Origin: Dehalococcoidia bacterium
GTDB lineage: Bacteria; Chloroflexota; Dehalococcoidia; UBA2979
Direction: 5' to 3'
Assembly: GCA_964291495.2 (NCBI GenBank)
Contig: OZ219872.1
Location: 64,001 to 128,000 of the forward strand
DNA: 64,000 nt
A model generated the notes under the pieces. That model was not told the origin of the DNA. It made no database searches and saw nothing but the letters and a program-made list of their open reading frames with translations. Below, piece by piece: positions 56,283 to 64,000 of this stretch; the first letter of the stretch is position 1; each line of letters starts with the position of its first letter. A program made the position numbers and the translations under genes.

Positions 56283-59109
56283 GAGGCGCCTCGGAGAGCC
56301 AGGCGGCGACGGCCGCGGGCACCTCGCGCGCGGGGAGGGTGCGCCGCTCGCAGTCGGGCAGCGCCTCGAGGAACGCCTCGCCGTAGGCGCGCGCGCTGAC
56401 GCGCCGGTCGAGGATCAGGAAGACACCCCGGTCGCGCGGACCGCGGATCAGGCGGCCGAAGCCCTGGCGGAAGCGCAGCACCGCGTGCGGCAGCATGTAC
56501 TCCTCGAATGGCTGGTCGTGCAGCGCGGCGCGCGCCGCGTGGATCGGATCGGTCGGCACCGGGAACGGCAGCCGCGCGAGCGCGAGCTGCGAGAGCGCCG
56601 GACCCGGCACGTCGACGCCCTCCCAGAACGCGGCGGTGCCCAGCACCAGCGAGCGAGGGCGCTCCGCGAGCGCGCGCAGCAGGCGCGCCGGGCCGCCGTC
56701 GAGGTCGTGCGCGAGGACGCCGATGCCCTCGGCGGCGAGCGGACCGCGCAGCGCGCCCGCAGCCGAGCGCACCGCGCCGTGCGAGGTGAAGAGCGCCAGC
56801 GTGCGCCCATCCGCCGCGCGCACCGCCTCGCCCAGCACCTGCTCCGAGGCAGCCTCGTAGTCCGGCGCATTCGGCGGCGGCAGGTCGTCGACGACGAGCA
56901 CGAGCACCGCTCGGCGGTAGTCGAACGGCGAACCGACGTCGAGGGCGTCGGCGTCGGGCAGCCCGATGCGCCGCAAGCTGAAGTCGAAGCGCTGCTGCGC
57001 CGTCAGCGTCGCGCTCGTGACGAGCACGGAGTCGCGCCGCGCCCACAGCTCGTTCTCGAGGCGCTCGGCGACGTCGAGCGGCGCGCTGCGCACGCGTGGC
57101 GCGCGGCCGCCGCTGTCGAGCCAGACGATCCGCTCGGGATCGGCGCGCTGGAGCGCCTCGCGCAGCGTCGCCGCCTGCTGCGCGGCGCGCTCGGCGGCCC
57201 GCGCGAGCGCGCCGCGCAGCGCGTCGAGCGAGGGCGCGCCGGCCGCCAGCAGCGACCCGACCGTCGACTCGGCGTCGAGCAGGCGGCGCGCCAGCTGGTC
57301 GAGCGCGAGTTCGAGGTGCAGCGCCGCGTCCTCGACATCCCCCCAGAGCGGCTGCGCCCGCCGGCCCGGGGTGATCAGCAGCTGCGCGCCCCTCGCGCGC
57401 TCCTCGAACTCCTCGCTGTAGGCGGCGATCGTCGCCTCCAGGTCCGGCAGCCGCGCGCGCGCCGCCGAGGCGGCCGAGGTGATCTCGCCGGCGAGCGGGG
57501 CAAGGCCAGCGGCGGGCGAGAGCGGCATCGGGTCGAGCCGGGCGGCGCCCACCAGCGAGGCGGCGAGCGATCCTCCGCCGGCCGAGGCCTCGTCGAGCAG
57601 CTGCGCGATCTCCTGCAGCGAGACGGACTCGCCGAACTGGCTCGTCGCGACGCCCTCGAGGCGGTGCGCCTCGTCGACGACCAGGTGGCGGAAGGGCGGC
57701 AGCACCTGGTCGCCGCCCGCCGCGTTGACCAGCAGCAGCGCGTGGTTGACGACGACGACGTGCGCGGCCGCCGCCTCCGCGCGCGCCCGCTGGAGGAAGC
57801 AGGAGCCGTCGCGGACGAACGCGCAGCGCCGGGCAAGGCAGTCGTTCGTGTCGGCGGCGAGGGCGCGCCAGTGCGGCCACTCGTCACCGCGCAGGTACAG
57901 CTCCGCGCGGTCGCCGCGCTCCGTCTCGCCGAGCCAGACGGCGATCCGGGCAAGCACGCGCGCCTGGTCCGCGCCGCGCGGCTCCTCCAGCTCGATCGCC
58001 TGCGTCCAGCGCTCGAGGCAGAGGTAGTTCCCCCGCCCCTTGAGCACGGCCGTCCGCAGCGAGCCCGGCTCTGCGCCGGCCGCCGACTCGGCGAGCGCGG
58101 CCGCCGCCGGCATGTCGCGCCCGGCGAGCTGCTCCTGCAGGTTCAGCGTGTGTGTCGAGATCACGACGCGCTCGCCGCTGCGCAGCGCGTGCGAGAGCGC
58201 CGGCACGAGGTAGGCGAGCGACTTGCCGGTCCCCGTGCCCGCCTCCACGGCGAGCTGGCCGTCGTGCGCGATGTTGTCCGCGACAGCGCGCGCCATCGCG
58301 ATCTGCCCCTCGCGCGCCTCGAGGCCGGGGAAGAGGTCGGCGCGGCGGCGCGCCTCGGCGAAGCGCGCCTCCACCTCGTCCGCGTCGAGCGGCGGGAAGT
58401 CCTCGAGCGCGCGCAGCGGCGGCGGCAACTCGCGAGACTGGCGCGTGAGGTCGGCGGGCACGAGAGCGTCGCCCTTCTCGGCAACCTCGGCGCGTCGCTC
58501 GAGCGCCTCAGTGAAGAGCGGCGCGAGGCTCCAGGCGGATTGGTCGGCGAGCCGCACGAGGTCGCGGAGCGTCGCGGCCGGGAGCCGGGCGAGCCGCTCC
58601 AGCAGTCGCAGGAAGACGGCGCCCGTCACCTCGGCGTCGGCGAGCGCGCGATGCGACTCCTCGACCGTGACGCCGAGCGACTCGGCGAGCGATCGCAGGT
58701 CGAGCCGCGTCGCCGTCGGGAGCAACACCGAGGCCAGCTCGTAGCTGTCGAAGGCCGGCGCCTGCACCTGCAGGCCCGCCTCGGCGAGGAATCCGAGGTC
58801 GAAGGGCGCGTTGTGCGCAACCAGCGGGAGGCCGCGCGCGAAGGCGGCGAACTCGTGCACCGCCAGCGAGGGCGGCGGCGCGCCGACCAAATCGGCGTCC
58901 TCGATGCCCGTGAGCACGCGGATCGCCGGGGGGAGCGGGCGGCCGGGGCTGACGAACGTGCGGAAGCGCTCGCGCGGCCCGTCCGCGCCGAAGCGCACCG
59001 CGCCGATCTCGATGATGCGGTCGCTCGCCGGGTCGACGCCGGTCGTCTCGAGGTCAACCGCGACGTACTCACCGCGATCGGCTGGCGCTGTGTCGGGACC
59101 GAGAGGCAT
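56275..59109 (-). CDS. dinG: DnaQ-exonuclease-DinG helicase fusion
   Basis: VAVDLETTG, AHNAPFD, HRALADA; EAGTGTGKS, KGRGNYLC, DEAH, SATL, FWEGVD, QGFGRLIR. Confidence 0.93.
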   Translation of the reverse strand: MPLGPDTAPADRGEYVAVDLETTGVDPASDRIIEIGAVRFGADGPRERFRTFVSPGRPLPPAIRVLTGIEDADLVGAPPPSLAVHEFAAFARGLPLVAHNAPFDLGFLAEAGLQVQAPAFDSYELASVLLPTATRLDLRSLAESLGVTVEESHRALADAEVTGAVFLRLLERLARLPAATLRDLVRLADQSAWSLAPLFTEALERRAEVAEKGDALVPADLTRQSRELPPPLRALEDFPPLDADEVEARFAEARRRADLFPGLEAREGQIAMARAVADNIAHDGQLAVEAGTGTGKSLAYLVPALSHALRSGERVVISTHTLNLQEQLAGRDMPAAAALAESAAGAEPGSLRTAVLKGRGNYLCLERWTQAIELEEPRGADQARVLARIAVWLGETERGDRAELYLRGDEWPHWRALAADTNDCLARRCAFVRDGSCFLQRARAEAAAAHVVVVNHALLLVNAAGGDQVLPPFRHLVVDEAHRLEGVATSQFGESVSLQEIAQLLDEASAGGGSLAASLVGAARLDPMPLSPAAGLAPLAGEITSAASAARARLPDLEATIAAYSEEFEERARGAQLLITPGRRAQPLWGDVEDAALHLELALDQLARRLLDAESTVGSLLAAGAPSLDALRGALARAAERAAQQAATLREALQRADPERIVWLDSGGRAPRVRSAPLDVAERLENELWARRDSVLVTSATLTAQQRFDFSLRRIGLPDADALDVGSPFDYRRAVLVLVVDDLPPPNAPDYEAASEQVLGEAVRAADGRTLALFTSHGAVRSAAGALRGPLAAEGIGVLAHDLDGGPARLLRALAERPRSLVLGTAAFWEGVDVPGPALSQLALARLPFPVPTDPIHAARAALHDQPFEEYMLPHAVLRFRQGFGRLIRGPRDRGVFLILDRRVSARAYGEAFLEALPDCERRTLPAREVPAAVAAWLSEAPRG

Positions 59110-59141
59110 CGCGCCTCGCCGCCCTCTCCGGGGAGTCCGTC

Positions 59142-59876
59142 CTAGCCGCGCGCGGCCGCGACCGCCTCGACGACACCCGGCTCGAAGCGCGCGAAGTCGC
59201 CGTCGGCGGAGCGCACGATCGCCTCGAAGCGGCCGGCGTGCAGCTCTTCGAGCAGCTCGGCCTCGCTCTGCAACTCGCGCTCGAAGCCGGTCGCGTAGTA
59301 GCCGATGCCGCTCTCGGAGTGCGCGTCGCTGCCGCCGGTGGTGGGGAGCCCGAGTTCGCGCGCCACCTCGTAGGCGAAGTAGTTCTCGCGCGGCGTGTTG
59401 CAGCCGTTGGCGATCTCGATCGCGTCGGCGAGCTGGAAGACGGGCAGCCGGGCCGCCTCGGCGGGGGTCAGCTCGAAGGGCACGCTGTCCTTGCGCATCG
59501 CCGTGACGTTGTCGAAGACGTGGCGGAAGGGGTGCGCGACGACCAGGAAGCCGCCGACGGCGTCGAGCTCCTCGCGCAGCTGCTCCGCGCGGCGGATGCC
59601 GCTGATGTACGCGGGCAGGCCGAACACGAGCATGTGGCCCAGGTCGGTGGAGATCTCCATCCCGAAGTTGACGAAGAAGTCCGTGTGCTGCGCGCGGTAG
59701 TCGGCGCGCAGATGGCGGTCCCACATCTTGTCGTGCTCGGAGATGTTGGCGCCGGTCAGCCCGGCCGCGCGCCCGAGTTCGGGCAGCTTGTGCGGGTTGA
59801 GCGTGCTGTCCGAGGAGGCGACCGCGGAGTGGACGTGCATATCGAGCACGCTGCGCTGCAGTCCGGGCGTGAGCAC
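59142..59876 (-). CDS. PHP domain metal-dependent phosphoesterase
   Basis: DMHVHS, SEHD, AHPFR, GGSDAH. Confidence 0.88.
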   Translation of the reverse strand: MLTPGLQRSVLDMHVHSAVASSDSTLNPHKLPELGRAAGLTGANISEHDKMWDRHLRADYRAQHTDFFVNFGMEISTDLGHMLVFGLPAYISGIRRAEQLREELDAVGGFLVVAHPFRHVFDNVTAMRKDSVPFELTPAEAARLPVFQLADAIEIANGCNTPRENYFAYEVARELGLPTTGGSDAHSESGIGYYATGFERELQSEAELLEELHAGRFEAIVRSADGDFARFEPGVVEAVAAARG

Positions 59877-59993
59877 CAGCGTCCCGCTCCTTACCTCTGC
59901 GGTTCGCGCCCCGCCGCCGGCGGGCGCCGCCCAAGGGTACGAGATGCCCGAACGGGCCGCATCACCGGACTCCGGCGGCCCTCGGCGCGACGC

Positions 59994-60392
59994 TCAACCG
60001 GCGAGCGCGGGCAGCAGCACGCCGAAGGCGAATGCCGCCACGATCGCCGTCGCCCAGATCGCGCCGCTCAACCCCCGCAGCACGAACGCCGCGGCGACGA
60101 CCGCGATCAGCACGAGACCGTGCACGATCAGCCCGAAGCGGAGTGGGTCGGCCACCTCGATGTAGGCCGCGCCGAGCAGCAGCCCGAGCAGCGTCCAGCC
60201 GAGCAGGGCGACGTTCACGAGCACCACGCCGACAAGCGGCAACGGCAGGCGGCCCAGGCTCGCCACGCGCGTGCGCCAGCGCGGGCTGCGGCTCATCGCC
60301 CAGAGCGCAAGCGCGACCGTCGCGAAGGCGGCGACCGCACCGGAGACAAAGCCGGAGAACAGCGCGCGCGCGGCGTCGACCTCGGCGCTCAT
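59994..60392 (-). CDS. hypothetical four-TM membrane protein
   Basis: Four hydrophobic segments; ATGA overlap with the ispE stop. Confidence 0.7.
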   Translation of the reverse strand: MSAEVDAARALFSGFVSGAVAAFATVALALWAMSRSPRWRTRVASLGRLPLPLVGVVLVNVALLGWTLLGLLLGAAYIEVADPLRFGLIVHGLVLIAVVAAAFVLRGLSGAIWATAIVAAFAFGVLLPALAG

Positions 60393-61300
60393 GGCTCCTC
60401 CGTGATCGCGAGCGCCTCGGCGCGCGTCAGCGTGCGCGCCGGGAACACCTCGCCACCCGCCTGCTCGAGGTCACGCCGCAGCTCAGCGCCCTTCGCGCGC
60501 TCGTGGATCAGCAGGAAGACCGCGGGGCCGGTGCCGGTCAGGTGCAGCGGCACGCCGCCGAGCGCCGCGGCGTAGGCGCCGTAGTGCGCCAGCAGCTCCG
60601 ACTCCGTGCGCTCGATCACCGCCTCGAAGGCGTTCCAGAGGTTCCCCGTCGGCGGCGGGACGTTGCGCTGCACGCGGTGAGCGACACGCGCCGAGCGCTC
60701 GCCGTCGCTGAGATCGTGCGGGTGCAGCGCGCCGAAGCGTCGCGCCGTCTTCGCCGGGGCCTGCGGGACCGGCGGGACCAGCAGCAGCAGTCGCAGCGGG
60801 CGCAGATCGCGCAGCGGCGTCACGATCTCGCCGCGCCCGCGGCAGCGCGCCGTGCCCCCGTGTAGAAAGAACGGCACGTCCGAGCCGACCGAGGCCGCGA
60901 CCGCCTCGAGGCGCTCGATCGGCCAGTCAAGCTCCCACAGTCGCGCGAGCCCGCGCAGCACGGCCGCCGCGTCCGATGAGCCGCCCCCGAGCCCGGCCGC
61001 CGCCGGGACGCGCTTCTCGACCTCGATGGCGACGTTGGGCTCGCGGTCAGCCGCCGCGGCGAGCGCCCGCGCGGCCGCGGCCGACAGCTCGCCCTCGCCG
61101 GCGATCTCCTCGGCGCCGCGCCCGCTGAGCCGCACGTCGAGCGCGGGGGCCGGGCGCAGCCGCACGCGGTCGGCGAGATCGATCGTCGTCATCACCGTGT
61201 CGAGGTCGTGGTAGCCGTCGTCGCGCCGCCCGGTCACCTCGAGCACGAGGTTCAGCTTCGCCGGCGCGAGCAGCGAGAGGGCAGAGGCGCTACCCGACAT
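60389..61300 (-). CDS. ispE: 4-diphosphocytidyl-2-C-methyl-D-erythritol kinase
   Basis: APAKLNLVL, DGYH, KRVPAAAGLGGGSSDAA, GSDVPFF, GRGE. Confidence 0.93.
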   Translation of the reverse strand: MSGSASALSLLAPAKLNLVLEVTGRRDDGYHDLDTVMTTIDLADRVRLRPAPALDVRLSGRGAEEIAGEGELSAAAARALAAAADREPNVAIEVEKRVPAAAGLGGGSSDAAAVLRGLARLWELDWPIERLEAVAASVGSDVPFFLHGGTARCRGRGEIVTPLRDLRPLRLLLLVPPVPQAPAKTARRFGALHPHDLSDGERSARVAHRVQRNVPPPTGNLWNAFEAVIERTESELLAHYGAYAAALGGVPLHLTGTGPAVFLLIHERAKGAELRRDLEQAGGEVFPARTLTRAEALAITEEP

Positions 61301-62207
61301 CGAGGCTCCCCGGCCAGCGCTCCTCGGTGAGCGCGTACAGCCGCCGCCAGGCGTCGAGGTCGAGGTGCTGGGCGCGCAGCGCGGGGTCGATCGCGACGTC
61401 GCGCAGCAGCGCCTGCACGTCGTCGCGCGAGAGGCCGAGGGCGGAGCGCAGGCCGTTGTGCAGCTGCTTGCGCGGTTCCGCGAAGCCGGCGCGCAGCAGC
61501 AGGAAGAAGCGCGCGAGCGCGGGCGGCGGCAGGTCCACCGCCGGCCTCGGCAGCCGCTCGATGCGCACGAGGGCGGACTGCACCTGCGGCGCGGGCCAGA
61601 ACGCGCTCGAGGGCACGTCGAACAGCGCCTCGGGCCGCCCGTAGGTCTTGACCGAGAGCGAGAGCAGCGACTCCTTGCCCGGTCCCCCAACGATGCGGCG
61701 CGCGACCTCGCGCTGGACGAGCACGACGATCCGCTCGGGCGGCTCGTCCGCCTCGAGGAAGCGGCGGATCAGCGGTTGCGTGATGTAGTACGGGAGGTTG
61801 CCGGCCATCACGTAGGGCGCGCTCGCCCCGCACTCCTCGAGCAGCTCGCCGGGCGTGACGCCAAGGGCGTCCGCGGCCACGACGCAGGCGCGCCCGCGGC
61901 CTTCGAGCTGTCGCCGCGCCAGCGACGCCAGCTCCTCGTCGATCTCGACGGCGATGAGCGTGCCGGCGCGTTCGGCCAGCTCGATGCTCAGGCCGCCCGG
62001 CCCGGCGCCGATCTCGATCACCGTGTCGTCAGGGCCGAGCTGGCAGGCGTCGGCGATGCGCGAGAGCAGCAGCTCGTCGACGAGGAAGTGTTGGCCGAGC
62101 GCCTTGCGCGGGCTGAGGCCGAGCCGCCGCAAGAACTCGGGCGGCGCCTCGGCGTCCTCGGCGGCCCTCGGGCGTCGCGAGCGGCGGGCGCCGCGTGCGG
62201 CGCTCAC
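61290..62207 (-). CDS. rsmA: 16S rRNA adenine dimethyltransferase KsgA/RsmA
   Basis: KALGQHFL, EIGAGPG, EID, GNLPYYIT, QREVA.R, F.P.PQV.S. Confidence 0.95.
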   Translation of the reverse strand: MSAARGARRSRRPRAAEDAEAPPEFLRRLGLSPRKALGQHFLVDELLLSRIADACQLGPDDTVIEIGAGPGGLSIELAERAGTLIAVEIDEELASLARRQLEGRGRACVVAADALGVTPGELLEECGASAPYVMAGNLPYYITQPLIRRFLEADEPPERIVVLVQREVARRIVGGPGKESLLSLSVKTYGRPEALFDVPSSAFWPAPQVQSALVRIERLPRPAVDLPPPALARFFLLLRAGFAEPRKQLHNGLRSALGLSRDDVQALLRDVAIDPALRAQHLDLDAWRRLYALTEERWPGSLDVG

Positions 62208-62249
62208 GGTGCGGCCCGCGGGGGCGCCGAGGTGTCGGGGTGCGTGAGT

Positions 62250-62514
62250 GGTCGTGCCCCGCCGTTGATCCGCACTCCGAGCTTGCCTCCACCAGCCAAC
62301 TCAAGCCCGGCGCCCCTACGGCGCCCGATGTGACCGGCGTACCGCTGCTGCCTTCCGGCCCTGACGGGGTTGACCGGGCATCGTCGCGCAGGACCAGGCT
62401 CTCAACGCCGCTTGATCTCGGCAGTCCCCGGGGGACGAACCGCGGGCGGGCATTCAGCCCCGCTGAGCGGATTGCGGGTTACAGGGCACCGCTAGCTCCC
62501 CGCCTAGCACGACC
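62250..62514 (-). ncRNA. ffs: large bacterial SRP RNA with Alu domain
   Basis: 5' GGTCGTGCTAGGCGGGGAGCTAGCGGTGCCCTGTAACCCGCAATCCGC (Alu); helix 8 CCGTCAGGGCCGGAAGGCAGCAGCGG; complementary ends GGTCGTGC/GCACGACC; TACGAT -10 element 6 nt upstream. Confidence 0.95.
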
Positions 62515-62651
62515 GCCCCGATCGTAGGCGCGCCCGCCTCGGGCCGTCAAAGACGTGCCTCGATGACGCTTTCCGCCTGCGGCGGACTCGCAGTTACAAT
62601 CAATCGCGAGCGTCGAGGACGACATGACGCTTCCGACGAAGGAGCCGACTC

Positions 62652-64000
62652 GTGCGCCTGCTCTCCATCGGACGCCCCCTGCCCGACATGGCGATCGATA
62701 ACCACACGATCTTCAACGCGCCCGCCTTCTTCGACTACGACGCGATCGCGATCGACGCCGAGGGCGTGTTCAATACCATCCGCGAGCTGCTCGACGCCTC
62801 GCAGGAGCACGTCACGCACGGCGACGCGAAGGTGGTCAACGCCCTCACCGGGCCGGGCGTGCCGGCGGGCGAGATCCTGCAGCGGCGCCGCGACGAGCTG
62901 GTGCGCGCCCTCGAGCGCGGCGCGCTCGTCGCCGTCTTCACGCACCCGCTGGCGATGATCACCGAGGTCGCCGGCTTCCCCGGCCTCGATCGCTACTTCT
63001 TCCTGCCCGCCCCGGCGGGGCTCGCCTGGGATGCCGGGCTGATCCGCTGGGGCGAGGGCGTGCAGGCCGCCGTCGCCGATCACCGGCACCCCTTCGCACG
63101 TTATGTCGACGCGATCGGCAACGACATGCTCTATCGCGCGCACTTCAACGACGCCGCGCCCGGCTTCGCGAAGGCCGCGCGCGTCTTCGCACGCTCAGGC
63201 GGCGGCGCGCCGGTCGGCGTCGAGTTCCGCGTGCTCGGCGGGACCGTCGTCTTCCTGCCCGCCCCGCGAAGCCGAGGCGGCGACGCCGGGCGCAAGCAGG
63301 CGGCCTCGATCCTCGCCGCGACGCGGGAGCTGCTCGACCTGCCGGTCGGCGACCCGCCGTCGTGGGTCCGCCAGCAGCCCTTGCCCGGCCTCGAGGCGCT
63401 CGAGGAGGCGAGCGCCGAGGCTGAGAGCGCCGTGCAGCGCGCCGAGGCGCAGCGCGAGGCCGCCGAGGGCGAGCTGACGCAGCTGACGCGCGTGCGCGAC
63501 GTGCTCTGGACCGAGGGCAACCACGCCCTGCTCCCGGCCGTCGTGCGCTGCTTCGAGCTGCTCGGCTTCCGCACCTACGATCGCGACGACCAGATCACGC
63601 TGAGCGACGACGCTGGCCGGCACGAGCTCGAAGTCGAGGGTTCGGTCGAGCCGATCGGGATGGCCCCGCACTACCGGCTGCGCGCCCGCCTCGATCAGCG
63701 CATCGAGCAGGAGGGCCGCCCGGCGCGCGGCCTCGTCGTTGCGAACGGCGAGCGCATGCAGGCGCCGGAGCGGCGCAAGGCGCCGATCGCCGACGCCCTG
63801 CGCGTCGCCGCGGAGGCGACGTCCTACGCCGTGCTCCCCACATCCGAGCTGTTCGCCGCCGCCGCCGCTGCCCTCGAGGGCCTCGACGACGAAGTGCTCG
63901 CGGCGATCCGCGCCCGCCTCGTCGAGCAGGACGGCGTCGTCAGCCTCGGTGACCTGCTTGGTACGGCCGATCCGGAGGACGCCGCGGCGCTGCCGATGAG
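62652..64000 (+). CDS. hypothetical protein with coiled coil and degenerate PD-(D/E)XK-like C-terminus (3' end beyond window)
   Basis: Not in the ORF track; TACAAT (62595), GAAGGAG RBS and GTG start; open to the window end: MRLLSIGRPLPD..FFDYDAI..LWTEG..FELLGF..LEVEG..GLVVANG.R..PERR. Confidence 0.8.
   Translation, partial: MRLLSIGRPLPDMAIDNHTIFNAPAFFDYDAIAIDAEGVFNTIRELLDASQEHVTHGDAKVVNALTGPGVPAGEILQRRRDELVRALERGALVAVFTHPLAMITEVAGFPGLDRYFFLPAPAGLAWDAGLIRWGEGVQAAVADHRHPFARYVDAIGNDMLYRAHFNDAAPGFAKAARVFARSGGGAPVGVEFRVLGGTVVFLPAPRSRGGDAGRKQAASILAATRELLDLPVGDPPSWVRQQPLPGLEALEEASAEAESAVQRAEAQREAAEGELTQLTRVRDVLWTEGNHALLPAVVRCFELLGFRTYDRDDQITLSDDAGRHELEVEGSVEPIGMAPHYRLRARLDQRIEQEGRPARGLVVANGERMQAPERRKAPIADALRVAAEATSYAVLPTSELFAAAAAALEGLDDEVLAAIRARLVEQDGVVSLGDLLGTADPEDAAALPM

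Noticed and set aside
56275-59109. Type IV CRISPR-associated DinG
   Set aside because: Ordinary exonuclease-DinG fusion; no cas genes or repeat-spacer array seen.

Overview
Very GC-rich bacterial chromosomal segment. Gene content suggests Chloroflexota/Dehalococcoidia (inference from the large Alu-type SRP RNA, the DUF2298/TIGR03662 plus TIGR03663 pair and the expanded CoA/flavin catabolic paralogs). Region 1-27.6 kb is a dense catabolic block: two CoA-binding acyl-CoA synthetase alpha-like proteins, a heteromeric acyl-CoA dehydrogenase pair, three closely related crotonases, a family III CoA-transferase, a BKACE enzyme, an LLM monooxygenase, a Mo-hydroxylase large subunit, several hydrolases and two MFS transporters, interrupted by a sodN-sodX-xth unit. 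Region 27.6-64 kb is mostly housekeeping: mutL/mutS, an orphan NuoE/NuoF(HydB-like) pair, a TPP-riboswitch thiamine-precursor ABC operon, a four-gene membrane glycosylation-like cluster, ftsY-smc-rnc, a CCA enzyme followed by two PHD-finger-like Zn proteins, dinG, ispE, rsmA, the SRP RNA and a degenerate PD-(D/E)XK-like protein. I saw no CRISPR array, tRNA/rRNA gene, transposase or integrase. The best candidates for undescribed biology are the tandem PHD-like zinc fingers coupled to the CCA enzyme, the archaeal-like GT-C glycosylation cluster, the cluster-depleted HydB/NuoF module, the orphan AcsE-like protein and a secreted protease with a duplicated unknown 60-aa module. All family calls come from motif recognition by eye, not from database searches.
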